A stretch of 63,430 nt of DNA, filler included, from Eremomyces bilateralis CBS 781.70 (Eukaryota): assembly GCA_010015585.1 (NCBI GenBank). It is 16 parts of 16 records of this genome, joined end to end, with 100 filler letters (N's around TTAATTAATTAA, not from the genome) between each part and the next. Parts side by side here need not be neighbours in the genome. Positions count along the whole stretch, not along the records: positions 12,839 to 18,699 come from ML975219.1; positions 18,800 to 24,424 come from ML975220.1; positions 24,525 to 29,675 come from ML975221.1; 13 more parts are not named here. One strand, 5' to 3'. Position 1 is the first letter of the stretch; each line of letters begins with the position of its first letter. A program made the position numbers and the translations under genes. Positions 13,787 to 24,892 of this stretch are shown piece by piece. The notes under the pieces are model-generated. The model did no database searches, had not been told where the DNA came from, and saw only the letters and a list, made by a program, of their open reading frames with translations.

Positions 13787-13989
13787 ATCGGAATAAGTGT
13801 CTTTATAAATAAAAAGATTTAAGTTAGTTCGAATCCGATCGCGATATTATGGAGCGTTTTGATTCTATAAAGAACGAAGCCGAGGTAGTAGCGAGCGTCT
13901 CAAAACGTCTTCATAATTTATATTTACTTCTCTTCTTACGCCATGATCCATAATCTCATCGGAGTATTCTCTTCCCTTCCTCAAGCCAC

Positions 13990-16900
13990 CTAGGAGGTGT
14001 CTGTCTGAAGTTGCAACTGCGCACAGCTCTTCAAAAGTCTAGCCCAAATCGCCTTGATTTCCGTTTCAGGGGTACCCTCTGACATACCAGTCAGTGTTAA
14101 TCTGTCGCCTATGAAGATGATACCTGATTTGGCTCGCGTCAGGGCCATATTTAAGAGCTTTTTGTCTTGGAGATAGCCAATGTCAAAATGGACGTTGCAT
14201 CGTACGCTGACAAAAACCACAATGTCGGCCATCCAATCCTGATACCCGTCAATGCAGAGAACCTTCGAGCTAGGGAGGGTGCGTTTGAGAATTTGCATTT
14301 GTCGTGTGTATGGCGTTACTATGACGATTTCCATTGGCTTGCGTGTTGGGTTCGACTGATTTACCGATTCAGGGACCTGGAGCAACTTATAAACCACGTT
14401 ACAGAGTTGCACTTGGCCCTGATTGGACTTTGATTGGTGGCCAAGATCTTCAGGAGCAGAGCACTGCAAGAAGACCATTCGTTTATGCCATGGAAATTTG
14501 GACGGAGGCAAGATCAATTCCGAGTTGATCTCTGCGGACCTTAGCTCGCCATTGTAGAATTCTCTCGAGCTGAAAGCGCAGATGTCGGGATGTATTCTGT
14601 ACTGAGTGTCAAGCATAACCTTCGCAACTCCGGGTATATCAGGCATATTGTAATGCTTTTCGAACAGGGAAGTATCGAAGTCAGCAACAACTGCATGTTT
14701 CTGAACTGTGGCATGGAATTGGGCATGGTCACCGACAAAGACTGCCCGCTGACACCCTTTAGTAAGAGGGATAAGGCTCTCTGGCTGGGTCTGTTGAGAA
14801 GCCTTGTCGATGAGAACAATGTCGAACTTTTCGGAACGCAATAGGCCGAGTCCGGAACCGGTACAAGTGGTAAATATCAACTGTGCCTCACGAACACGAG
14901 CCCGGGCTTCTTGATGACCATGAGCGCTCTCTGTAATGTTTCTCCCAAACATGGCATCACAGGTATACTGCTGGAGGTCTAAGGAGACCTTTTGGAGCTA
15001 CATTGGATGTCAGTCATCGCAATATTTAGAATAGAACGGACAAAGACATACACGTGTAGAGACCCGTAACGGAACTGCTCCTGTTTGCTTTGCTCCCTAC
15101 TGCGCTATATAACTTCTGAGAATGTTGTCTACCGCACTATGTGTGGGTGCCGTTACTAGTATCCTCAAATGCTCGAAGTAGATCTGCATCTGTTCTAAGA
15201 TGACGGCTATTGTATGTGTTTTGCCTGTACCTGGTGGCCCCCAAATGAAGGTGCAATTATTCGCCATTGTTGCTTCAAGTGCTTTGTTTTGACTATTATT
15301 CAGCATCGGATAGGGCTTGAACGGCTGCGCTTTTTGTAGAGTCTGAATTTGACTGGAGCCAAGGCCCGCGAGTGTTGTGTACAGCTTGCAACACTCTACC
15401 TTTTGTGAATAAAAACAGTGGACTGCATCGAACATGGTCTTAGCGGTCACAAAGGATCTGTAGCTGGTGATTTCCCAGAGACAGTCCTCTGCATAAGATG
15501 GTAAACGATGCAGACATCGAAAGGAAGCCGTCGCTAGGTCCGACCGGATAACTATAGCATCAATCGCACTCATTTGCTAAACTGGAGCATTGTGTGGTGG
15601 CTGGGATGGACACATTCGGACATGGTCTCCCACATCAAGTGATCTAGGAGCGTCAATTCGGAGCACACTCATGGCGACCTAGTAGCCATCTTGACCAACG
15701 CCTTTCAACATTAGCGGTATCGGAGACATAGCAAATCTTTGGGCATTGGAAATCATGTCGATGTGGTTAAGTGCAAGTCCTATGAAGCACTTCGTAATTT
15801 GGTCGATTTCTATTGCATTGCCGACCAACAGTCTTTGGCTTTCCGGTTCGAGACACTCGAGCAATAGCTCAATCGCAAGCTCGGCATCGCAGATGGTCAG
15901 TGAAATAAGTTCGACCAGGTCGGCGAAGTTGTGAAGGGAGAGTTGCTGTAAGTTCTGCAGTAAAAGCAGAAAAGATTGATAGACGGCATACTGGAAGGTA
16001 TTTGCGGCCAAGACTAGTTCCTTCAGGAGTGCTGGGCCAAGATCGGTGAAGATGTCATAAAGAGCCTCTTTTTGACGCGCCCAAGTCTGAGACTAAAAAA
16101 ATAGAGAGATCAGATAAGGAGCCTTTTGAAGAAAATTGAGAAGCAAAATTGGAACATCTGAGCAGGCGCCACGGCTATACGGCGTGACTTCAAAAGTCCC
16201 ATTAGCTTCGAGGCGAAGTAGTTCGATATAAACCACTCGGAGATGTAAATACTCGTCGCACGACTCGAGGAGCTCCAGAATCTGCCTAATTTCGCCAAAT
16301 GAGTTGATTGTTCGTAATTTGGATAGATTCTTGTCCCTTACAACTTCAACCACCCGTTGTGAAATACCAGGATCGCCCCAGTCAATGCCTGGGAGCTTGG
16401 GTTTGTTATAGTCTTTGTTGATTTTATCGAAGAGCGGAAGTATTTCTTCGGTGTCAATATAATGAAGCCATTGATCCAATATATCCATGGACTGCACGTC
16501 ACGGTTGCTGATCACATATGCTTCCTGGAAATAACAGGACTAGGAGTCAGCCTACAGTCCTAGGTTCATAAAGAGACACGGAATTTGATACTCACAGCAG
16601 CCAGTATTCCTGCTCTATTTATTCGTCCGACATGTGTCTGTACATCTTTGCTGATCTTGTTAAGCGCAATGCTTGCCCTGAAATCAAAGCTGATCGACTC
16701 GTCAATTGTGACTTGCTTCCGTCTCCGCGTATCACCCTTTTTCCCACTTCTAGGGAAAGAAGACATATCCATTTGACCCCGTGTCAAGAAAACGAAGGTG
16801 TTCTCCCGCTTTTTATCATAGAGTTGGAAAGTAGACTCATTAAAGTACAGTCGATAGTGAACAGTAGTAGGCTTAACGCGATACTCTGGGGAATTTGCCC

Positions 16901-17689
16901 CTTGAGACTGTGGTAAAGCAAAAACCCGCACAGTGGAGCCAACATGCGCTTCGCTTGCCTTTGGTAATTTATTCGGGATATAGATAGCAAGCACTAGGCG
17001 TTCGTCAGGCCGGAACAAAATGAGTTTCTTGTGAAATATCTCCTAGGCCCGGCAGGTGCTGCTCATAAACCGCCCCATTCGTTCGGAAGATGAATTAAAG
17101 ACACATTTCCAGTGAAGACCATGATGGTCAAGCCCGAAGCGATGAAGTTCTTCCGGTAGTACGAGGCTTGACTGTAATAGCCCGTTTCTGGCAATCCCAG
17201 GAGCAGAATTCGTGGGCGGCAACTCTCCGAGAAGCCACCTTTGCTCCTCGTCGGTCAATGCTCTGAAGTTAAAGAAACTAGAATAATTAAGAAACTTTGA
17301 TTATTGCGCCTGCACCAACGGACAGTGAGCTGAACTAGGTCGAACTCCTTTATGGCAATGAGGTCTTTGCTAATGAGTAAATCCATTATATTAATAGGAT
17401 AATCCAAAAGGGGTATATGATCCTTGGTAGCCGCCTCAGTTTCTTGTTTCGCGGCAGAATGAAGAATATCAAGGATGAACGGAGGGGCACTGGTCAGAGG
17501 CTCGGGTGGATCTTCCAGGGTAGCGGGTATACGTACGGTGTTGCCATCTACAGCTATCGAGAATAATCGATTGAGCTGCTGGCACTCTGGACTCATCGGA
17601 CCTTGATGCGACTGATAGAGATATTTGTGTATCTCGCAAAGTAGTCTGCACGATCATCGTTGCCCATCATTGAAAATGATATATGCTCC
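13990..17689 (-). pseudogene. Disrupted gene: RdRP-like C-terminal segment fused to an Upf1/DNA2-like SF1 helicase
   Basis: GPPGTGKT, ILVTAPTHSAVD, VGDHAQ, LDTQYR and ALTRAK motifs; degenerate DKASQ (for DEASQ); ECQQLNRLFSIAVDG resembles the eukaryotic RdRP C-terminus; many in-frame stops; LINE inserted at 17695. Confidence 0.75.
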
Positions 17690-17695
17690 TTAACG

Positions 17696-18628
17696 CCGGG
17701 GTATACGGCGGGCTCGGCATAAGAACGAAACATTACGACAAATCTTTAGCTTTATTCAGGCAGCAAAACAACAGCAACTCAATGTCCAGTTCAACTGGGT
17801 ACCAGCTCACGCAGGCCTTCTAGGAAACAAAATGGCGGACAATCTAGCCTACTTGGCCACGGAAACCGGCCGTAGCCCAACTGATAGGAAGATCACACTG
17901 CGTGAAAGCCAAAAACCGGACAAACACTCTCAAGAACAGAAGCGCGCCCATTTTCAGTCACTAAAGGTAGCCAGACATTTGAAAGAACTAGACGCAGCGC
18001 TCCCCGGAAGGCACACACGAAAACTCTACGACAGGTTGAATAGGATCGACGCGGCGATATTCGCCCAGCTACGAGGAGGCTACTGTAGGTTGAACAGCTA
18101 CTTGTATAAGATCGGGCAAACCGACAGCGAACTCTGCGAGTGTGGCCGGAAAGAAACAGTGGAACACTTCTTGTTAGCATGCCCGAGATGGGCCCAACAG
18201 CGACAGCGATATTGGAGTCAAGATCAGCGTAGGAAGCTTACAGTCGCTAAAATGTGTGGCGCGTACTCATCTCAAGAGCTAGATGGACCGATAGAGAGTT
18301 GGCAACCAAGTATGCAAACTGTACGAGACACAATTTCCTTTGTTAAGGACACTGGGAGATTAAACGCAAGGAGATTCGAATAGAAAGAGAATATGCGGAT
18401 GGGACCTACAGAGCTACCTCGACACTTTGCCGGCAGCAAGAAGAGTGTTACTCTAGAACAGACCCTAGTGCAGCGATAATAGGTCATGATCGTGTATCTC
18501 GCACTTCACAGCTAGTATTAGTTACGTAGTGTATATTAGATAGCTAGATCCCCGCATAGGCCAGCGCGGCCTGAAAGGGTGTAGGAATAATAATAATAAG
18601 AATCAATTTAATAATAATAAGAATCAAT
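17696..18628 (+). mobile_element. 5'-truncated Tad-like LINE (RNase H end, CCHC knuckle, AAT-repeat tail), TSD TTAACG
   Basis: WVPAHAGLLGNKMAD, CECGRKETVEHFLLAC, (AAT)n-AAGAATCAATTT tail; TTAACG at 17690-17695 and 18629-18634. Confidence 0.85.
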
Positions 18629-18799
18629 TTAACGTACTATCTGGATCCCTTTCGGGTCTATGAGCACGATATTCTATCTGGTCTGCCGCGGGCAAAAGTN
18701 NNNNNNNNNNNNNNNNNNNNNNNNNNNNNNNNNNNNNNNNNNNTTAATTAATTAANNNNNNNNNNNNNNNNNNNNNNNNNNNNNNNNNNNNNNNNNNNN

Positions 18800-21407
18800 A
18801 GAAGGTCTCAAAGACGCAGTAAAGCGCAGAGAGTAAACGAGATATGCCAATTCATGCGGAAAAAAAAAATTACATTACGAGAATTTATCCATGTCTACGC
18901 GACGACTCAAGGGTCTGGTGGTTATGGAGAGCGCCCTGCCACGCGTGCCAAACGGCTCGCCGAGGCCGTCTACGGTCAACCAGAGGTCTTAGACGCGCTG
19001 CAAGAACACCCCGCGTCTGGTGCGACAGGAATTGTCACTGTAAAGGGTCTGAGGAAGGAAATGAAGGCACTGGAAGAAGCCGGAGGTATGTTTAGTGCCT
19101 ACCAAGTCGACCGTGTCCAAGAGAGAACTTCACCTGCCGGCATGGGAAGGGAGAAAGAGCCAGAGGGACAGAAAGTCGAGGACTACGAGCGTATACTGGG
19201 CGATATGCAGTTTGGGCAGATGTACGAGCAAGTTAACACTCATGCTCCTCTTCTATGTGGATTGCTTAATGGCATCATGGCGCCCAAGAGAGAGAGAAAA
19301 GATCGATCACTACGGGACCCTGTCAAATTCAACCACAGGATTGCGATAATCACGTCGATTCTCTGCTATTCTCGGGCGTCGGAAGGGAGCAACAAGTTTC
19401 CCCGCGTATTTGGTGCCTTTCTGCACTCAAATGGCGTGAAACGGCGTATCCTCGATCTTCTTCACCAGTTTGGGGTTTGTGAAGGCTACAAGGGAGTCCA
19501 CAGACATCTCGAAACCGTGGCAGAACAAGCAAAGGCATCTTCACCGCCTCTCAGCATAGACGTCGACTGATTGCAACTAGGGAACGGTCCGTCGATATGG
19601 TCAGCAACTAGATGCCTGTGTTGTGTATGACAATTTCGACTATCGAGAAGGTATTAAGCACCAGCTCATTTCAAATCACGCAGAAATGCGCTCTGTGACA
19701 ACGGGAAAGGTTTTCAGAGGCGCCGATATCCCCTCTGGTGGTTTAAAGCAGTCAATGCTGCACCGCGAGGTTCCACTTACAATAGAGGATCTTCTATACT
19801 CTCCTGGTGCAGCAGTATATGACGAGACCGCCGCCAAGATTGATACCTACTTTATAGCGGAGGCAATTCGATCGGTATATCCACTCGCGATCAAATCTAT
19901 CTTCTCTACGTCCGGTATACCTTACCCCGCTATGCCAACAGTCGAGTTACTCGAGCTTCGAAAGACAGACAGCAAGACGCTCGGTCCGATTCTCTTCAAC
20001 GAAGGTACTCTAGATGGCTCCTACGAGGTTATAGAGAGCATCTACAAGCACCAATTCCAACTAGATAATAAAGAATTCGACAACCGTCTGTTCTTGGCGT
20101 TTGGCGATCAAAAAACCTCTTCACTTATCCGATCTATGCAGGCTGAGCAAGTCGACGCGTCTATGGCGTATGATAGAAAAGACTGGCTGATAGGAGTCGC
20201 TGCTCTCTTTCACCTGCGTATGAATTTTCTATGGCTTATGCAAAAGACACATTACGGAAACATGGAGCAACAGGACGCTTCAACTCTCTATCACAACATC
20301 AACTTCTGGGGACGAAAGAATATTCCAGCGGACCGTGCAGCTTTTCAGGTTCTAGAAGAGCTAGTGCTTCACAGTTTCGACGCTCGAGTTGTTGGACTAC
20401 TTTATACTCGCCTCGAGCAGTACGGCATCGATATCTCCGATCAAGAGGGGGTTGACAAGGCAATTCGGAACATGGATACTAGAGGGTTCATGGAACTGGT
20501 GGAGGATGTTCGCAGATCCGCATTTGAGCCGGAAGCCTGGCGACCATCGAAGGAGAAGCATACCAACAATACAGTCGATGAGGAGTTCCTTAGTCATGCT
20601 CGATACCTTCAACAAATGGTTGTGTACAAGACCTTGAAGTACGGCATCAAAAACGGAGATATAGGACTCATCGACCGAGTCATTGGTGTCTGTTGCTTTT
20701 ACTTCGAGGGGACTGGACAATCAAACTACGCATTCGAAATGCTCTATCTAAAACGGCTCACCAGCACCAAAGCTTGTGACAAGGAGCTTCGGCGCGCAAT
20801 ACTCTCGAATAGCCTCGTTAACCCGCATGGCTGTCGGGACACCTGGCAAGAAGTCGATCGTAGCCTTGAATATCTGAACCTGGAGCTGAAAAGAGAGCTT
20901 TGGGCCCGTCGAACGTCGACTTTCGGATTGGATGCTCTGTTCAAGACTACCTCATTAACGGCAGAATATACTGTTTGTCTACGCAGGGCAGTAGAGGACG
21001 CATTCGCCCGGAAGGGCAACTCCACACATTCTGTGCCCTCCGCGATGGATGATATTCATACATTAGCCTTTGAGCTGGCATGCGACTCGATTAAATTTTA
21101 TGACGGCGGCAGGGAGGCAAGACATCAAGCACCAGACATACATACGATCGGGCTCGGAAGAGTAGCAACTCAAAAATTGGAGGTGTTTAATGCAAAGGTC
21201 ATAAGAGATGAAGATCGAATAGTCGTACCACCTTATGAGAGGAGAGGAGCCACGGCTGATTTAGATCCTAATAGCGACACGATGGCGATATTGGTATGCG
21301 CATGCTCATGGAGTTTCTAGTCTCGTGCTAACAGACGTCGCCAGCCCTTGGCAGACAGAGATGTAGCCCATGAATGGGGTTTACCTTCGGACGTCGAGTC
21401 AGAGTAA
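18800..21407 (+). CDS. DUF6589-type (Academ-like) transposase, 5'-partial; join(<18800..19534,19581..21293,21345..21407)
   Basis: YDNFD, GDQKT and LFHLRMN motifs; GC-AG intron 19535-19580 and GT-AG intron 21294-21344 keep the frame. Confidence 0.7.
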
Positions 21408-21472
21408 CCTATCTATAATGTCCACTCGCTGTGGTTGTAGCGGCTATTATTCCCTTTCTTGTTGCGAGGGCT

Positions 21473-23956
21473 TCACCTTGCGTTAGAGTCTAGAACGCCG
21501 AGGACGACCCGTTTCGTTTCTACTTCCCCCCCCCGGGTTAATATGGGACGTTTCAAGGCCCGATTACCATCAATTACACCTGATACCTCATTCTCGCCGT
21601 CTTCGAGAACACCTGACCTAGCAGAAGAATAATCTACGTTTGTAGATGTCATCAACCTACCCATAGATGTAAATGACGAGTTCGCTGATACTATGGTCAT
21701 TGGTAGGGTAGGTAGATGGGAAGAGCACGAGGCTGACACCTCCCTTGCCTGAGCAATGATCCGCTCTAGCGAGGAAACGTACTCTTCTCGCTCACGCGCG
21801 AGTAATACTCTTCGTTCCTGATCAGGAGTTATCAGAGTCTCTGCTTCTATAGACAATCTTCTCTTCCGACCTCTGTGTTGAGATACTTGCTGTTCGACTG
21901 TGGGATGAGCGTGTTCGAATGGCGCCCTTCGTATTAGAACTTGAGCTGCCGCTGCGGTTCCTGGTGTATAGCGTCCGGGCCAGTTCCTCACTACATAGGA
22001 CTTGATTTTATTGAACTCTTCGAACAGCTCATGGGAATGGTCTTTCATCCAAGCCGATTTCGTAAACTTCTCCAACTCAGCAGCCGAGCGGATGTTCGTA
22101 TACTCTCTCGATATTGATATCCACTCTTCCTTCGGCGCGAATAACCGTGCTGAGAGTTCTGGCTTCATCATCCGATGTGCCGAATTCACAACGTTATCTC
22201 CCCAGAGGGTCAGGCGGTCATAAAATGCGCCGGATGCCGTTCCAGTCTGGGGCTTACGAAGACCAGTTGTGGTATCCCATGGGAAAGGTACCGCCCGCGC
22301 CAGATCTGGGTTACAGACATTACAGCACTCCTGCGGTTCAGGAGCCGGTAACCTAGATGCTGGATCCGATAGACTCTCTTGTAGCCAATCCATTAGGATT
22401 CGGCGTAGGCATGCGGATCGATTAACAAGATTGAATAGCGCCGGACAGTCATCGTGTAGGTCTGTTCGGCGTTCTCTCTCCGTTTTGCGTCGGTGCTGCT
22501 CTCCTGGTATATCATATTTAATGGCGTCTACGGCAATATCCGATTCATCATCTAGGATGTCACCGCCCACTCCTGGATCAGCAGAGTACGACTGAGCTAA
22601 CCGGCTCGTGTTGGAAGGCCGTCTTAAACACGACGGCGTCTGAGTTCTGGATAGAAGCGCCGGTCTTGTCGATAAGATCCTGTCACCTATCGCCCAACTT
22701 TCCACCAAGAAGATGGCCTCTCCTTTAATGCCAGCCATCCTAGCTGCACGGCCAAATCGTTGGATAAGGACGCATAAGAGTCGTTCCAGAGGGAAGCCGT
22801 ATTGGACAACTCGTGTGACATCCGAGAGATCTACCCCCGTTCCTAATGATTCTGTGGCCACCATAATTCGGATCTTAGAGTCCGCTTTGGAAAACTGGTC
22901 GTATATAGCATTCTTGTCGTTTGGAGTAGTGTGTGAATGGTAGACCTGGATAATCTGCTTGCAGTCGTGGGCCCCGACGGCCCCAGCTGAGAGTTTCTGT
23001 AGCCAGCCTCGCAGACATTCCGCACATTTTTGGATATCACGTCGGGAGTCTATAAAGATTATAGTCTTCGGAATTCGTTCCGGCGTTGGCGAGCCGTTTA
23101 TGATGGCGTCCTGCAGAACAAAGAAGAGGCTTGTAAATCTCTTCGTTGTCCGTGGTTGGATCATCTCGACGATCAACTTGATCTCTGGCCTATCAATGGA
23201 TGATCGGAAGAACTCGCAGCTGGCCTGGAATCCTGTCATTTTTGTCGCAGTGTCTAATGTCGTCCGGTCCAGGGTGGCAGAGCAGCCAAACCAAGGGACA
23301 CCTCCTCCTAGCCGTCGGCGAAGGAGAGAGAGCTGTGCATACTGTGGACGGATACCACTTCCCCAGAGGGCCACTAAATGGAGCTCATCTACAGCCACGA
23401 TACAGACACGCTTCTTGAAAGTCGGGCTGCTAGCTATTGACCGAAACCAACCTGCGGCAATCTCTGGGCCCATGATAATATGAGTATACGCTCCCATTTC
23501 AATCTCTTGGGCTAATTTCTGGGTCTTGTCTGTTCTGCCATTGATGAACACGGATCTCGCGCCCGGAAGCCTTTGGATTTTGATACACTGCTCCTGTCCA
23601 ATTCGATCCAAAGGGATGATGATGAGGGCGATGCCACCGCGACAAAACAACGGCCCTGCCTGGAATATCACACTTTTGCCGAAAGATGTCTTGGCTGCAA
23701 GAAGAAGGTCCTCTTTCTTGAATACTAAATGCCATATAGCATCAACCTGCTTCTGACGAGGCTCGAATGGGTAGAGATGGCGGTCTAGGCCAGCCCGGAT
23801 GATGCCCTTCTGCACTTCCTCGGGCGCGTTTCTTGCACCTTCGACCAACCGCTGTATAGCCAGCATGCTCGTGGTGCTATAAGCATCGTGGACGAGATCT
23901 CTGGCGATGTCCACAGTCTCTCCACGCCGCCTTCGAAAGCTCGCCTTGCTTCGCAT
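21473..23956 (-). CDS. RecQ-like SF2 helicase convergent with the transposase
   Basis: AKTSFGKS, DELH, SAT, ATESLGTGVD, QRFGRAAR and CCNVC motifs; start uncertain. Confidence 0.85.
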   Translation of the reverse strand: MRSKASFRRRRGETVDIARDLVHDAYSTTSMLAIQRLVEGARNAPEEVQKGIIRAGLDRHLYPFEPRQKQVDAIWHLVFKKEDLLLAAKTSFGKSVIFQAGPLFCRGGIALIIIPLDRIGQEQCIKIQRLPGARSVFINGRTDKTQKLAQEIEMGAYTHIIMGPEIAAGWFRSIASSPTFKKRVCIVAVDELHLVALWGSGIRPQYAQLSLLRRRLGGGVPWFGCSATLDRTTLDTATKMTGFQASCEFFRSSIDRPEIKLIVEMIQPRTTKRFTSLFFVLQDAIINGSPTPERIPKTIIFIDSRRDIQKCAECLRGWLQKLSAGAVGAHDCKQIIQVYHSHTTPNDKNAIYDQFSKADSKIRIMVATESLGTGVDLSDVTRVVQYGFPLERLLCVLIQRFGRAARMAGIKGEAIFLVESWAIGDRILSTRPALLSRTQTPSCLRRPSNTSRLAQSYSADPGVGGDILDDESDIAVDAIKYDIPGEQHRRKTERERRTDLHDDCPALFNLVNRSACLRRILMDWLQESLSDPASRLPAPEPQECCNVCNPDLARAVPFPWDTTTGLRKPQTGTASGAFYDRLTLWGDNVVNSAHRMMKPELSARLFAPKEEWISISREYTNIRSAAELEKFTKSAWMKDHSHELFEEFNKIKSYVVRNWPGRYTPGTAAAAQVLIRRAPFEHAHPTVEQQVSQHRGRKRRLSIEAETLITPDQERRVLLAREREEYVSSLERIIAQAREVSASCSSHLPTLPMTIVSANSSFTSMGRLMTSTNVDYSSARSGVLEDGENEVSGVIDGNRALKRPILTRGGEVETKRVVLGVLDSNAR

Positions 23957-24331
23957 GGGGAATATGAAACAAAATGTGCTCAATAATGAGATATTCACGT
24001 GAATACTGACTGAGGAAGGCGTTATACGGCATCCAATGAGTGTTTTCTAGGCTCATTCGACTGTAAACCCGAGAACGACGGCTGGACGACGATTTCAGCG
24101 CAGTCTAGTTCACCACATATTAGCGTTTTTCACCAGACAGAAGCATGGGCATGTAAAAAAAAAATCAATTACGAGATAGAGCATACTTTAATACACAATT
24201 GATTGAATTTTGGAGTACACAGGTCGTGTTTTGATGTAGTTATTGATGGATTGTGATTTTGCCAAACGGACAGACACACACACAAAACACTAGAAAGTAA
24301 GAGCAGAGCAGTGCGGCTGATGGACAGCGTC

Positions 24332-24411
24332 CTCAGGCTATCTATCAGAGGAGTAGTTTAAGTAACGTGACTGTCCAAAAAAGGCTAGACTCCTCTGAGA
24401 GATAGCCTGAG
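24332..24411. repeat. 23-bp inverted repeat, 1 mismatch
   Basis: CTCAGGCTATCTATCAGAGGAGT (24332-24354) vs ACTCCTCTGAGAGATAGCCTGAG (24389-24411). Confidence 0.8.
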
Positions 24412-24524
24412 CTAGCTGAGGTAANNNNNNNNNNNNNNNNNNNNNNNNNNNNNNNNNNNNNNNNNNNNTTAATTAATTAANNNNNNNNNNNNNNNNNNNN
24501 NNNNNNNNNNNNNNNNNNNNNNNN

Positions 24525-24892
24525 CTCGAGGGACCTCGTTATCGCGTATCACGAGAAACACAAGGACGCGCCGGACATCCACCCAGCCTTTACAAATGAC
24601 GAGCTCTGGGCACAGCTTGCGCCCAAATTGATTGAAGAAAAAGATGATTAGGACGACGACCTCATTGTATCATTAGATAGAGCGCTCAGTGGACTTCGCG
24701 TGTTTTGAAGGAGGGGGTAGTGTGATGGATCAGAGGTCCGCAGACCTGGATGCCTTGTGGCCCTGTGGCCCGTTTGCTCTGTAAACACCAGAACAGATAA
24801 ACGCCTCGCACACCTTAGATAGATTCCTCCTTCATAGCAACAATTCAATGTTTGCCTCACGATTGGAGATTCCCGACAGTGAGACTCTTACA
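24525..24892 (+). mobile_element. 3' end of a family A Gypsy: integrase tail, PPT, 172-bp 3' LTR (24721-24892), abutting the helicase gene
   Basis: PPT GAAGGAGGGGGTAG directly before TGTGATGG...CTTACA. Confidence 0.9.

Larger units (their letters stand above)
18800..24424. mobile_element. AcademH-like DNA transposon (termini not captured)
   Basis: Convergent transposase and RecQ helicase with stops 65 bp apart; same layout at 41905-45115. Confidence 0.65.
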
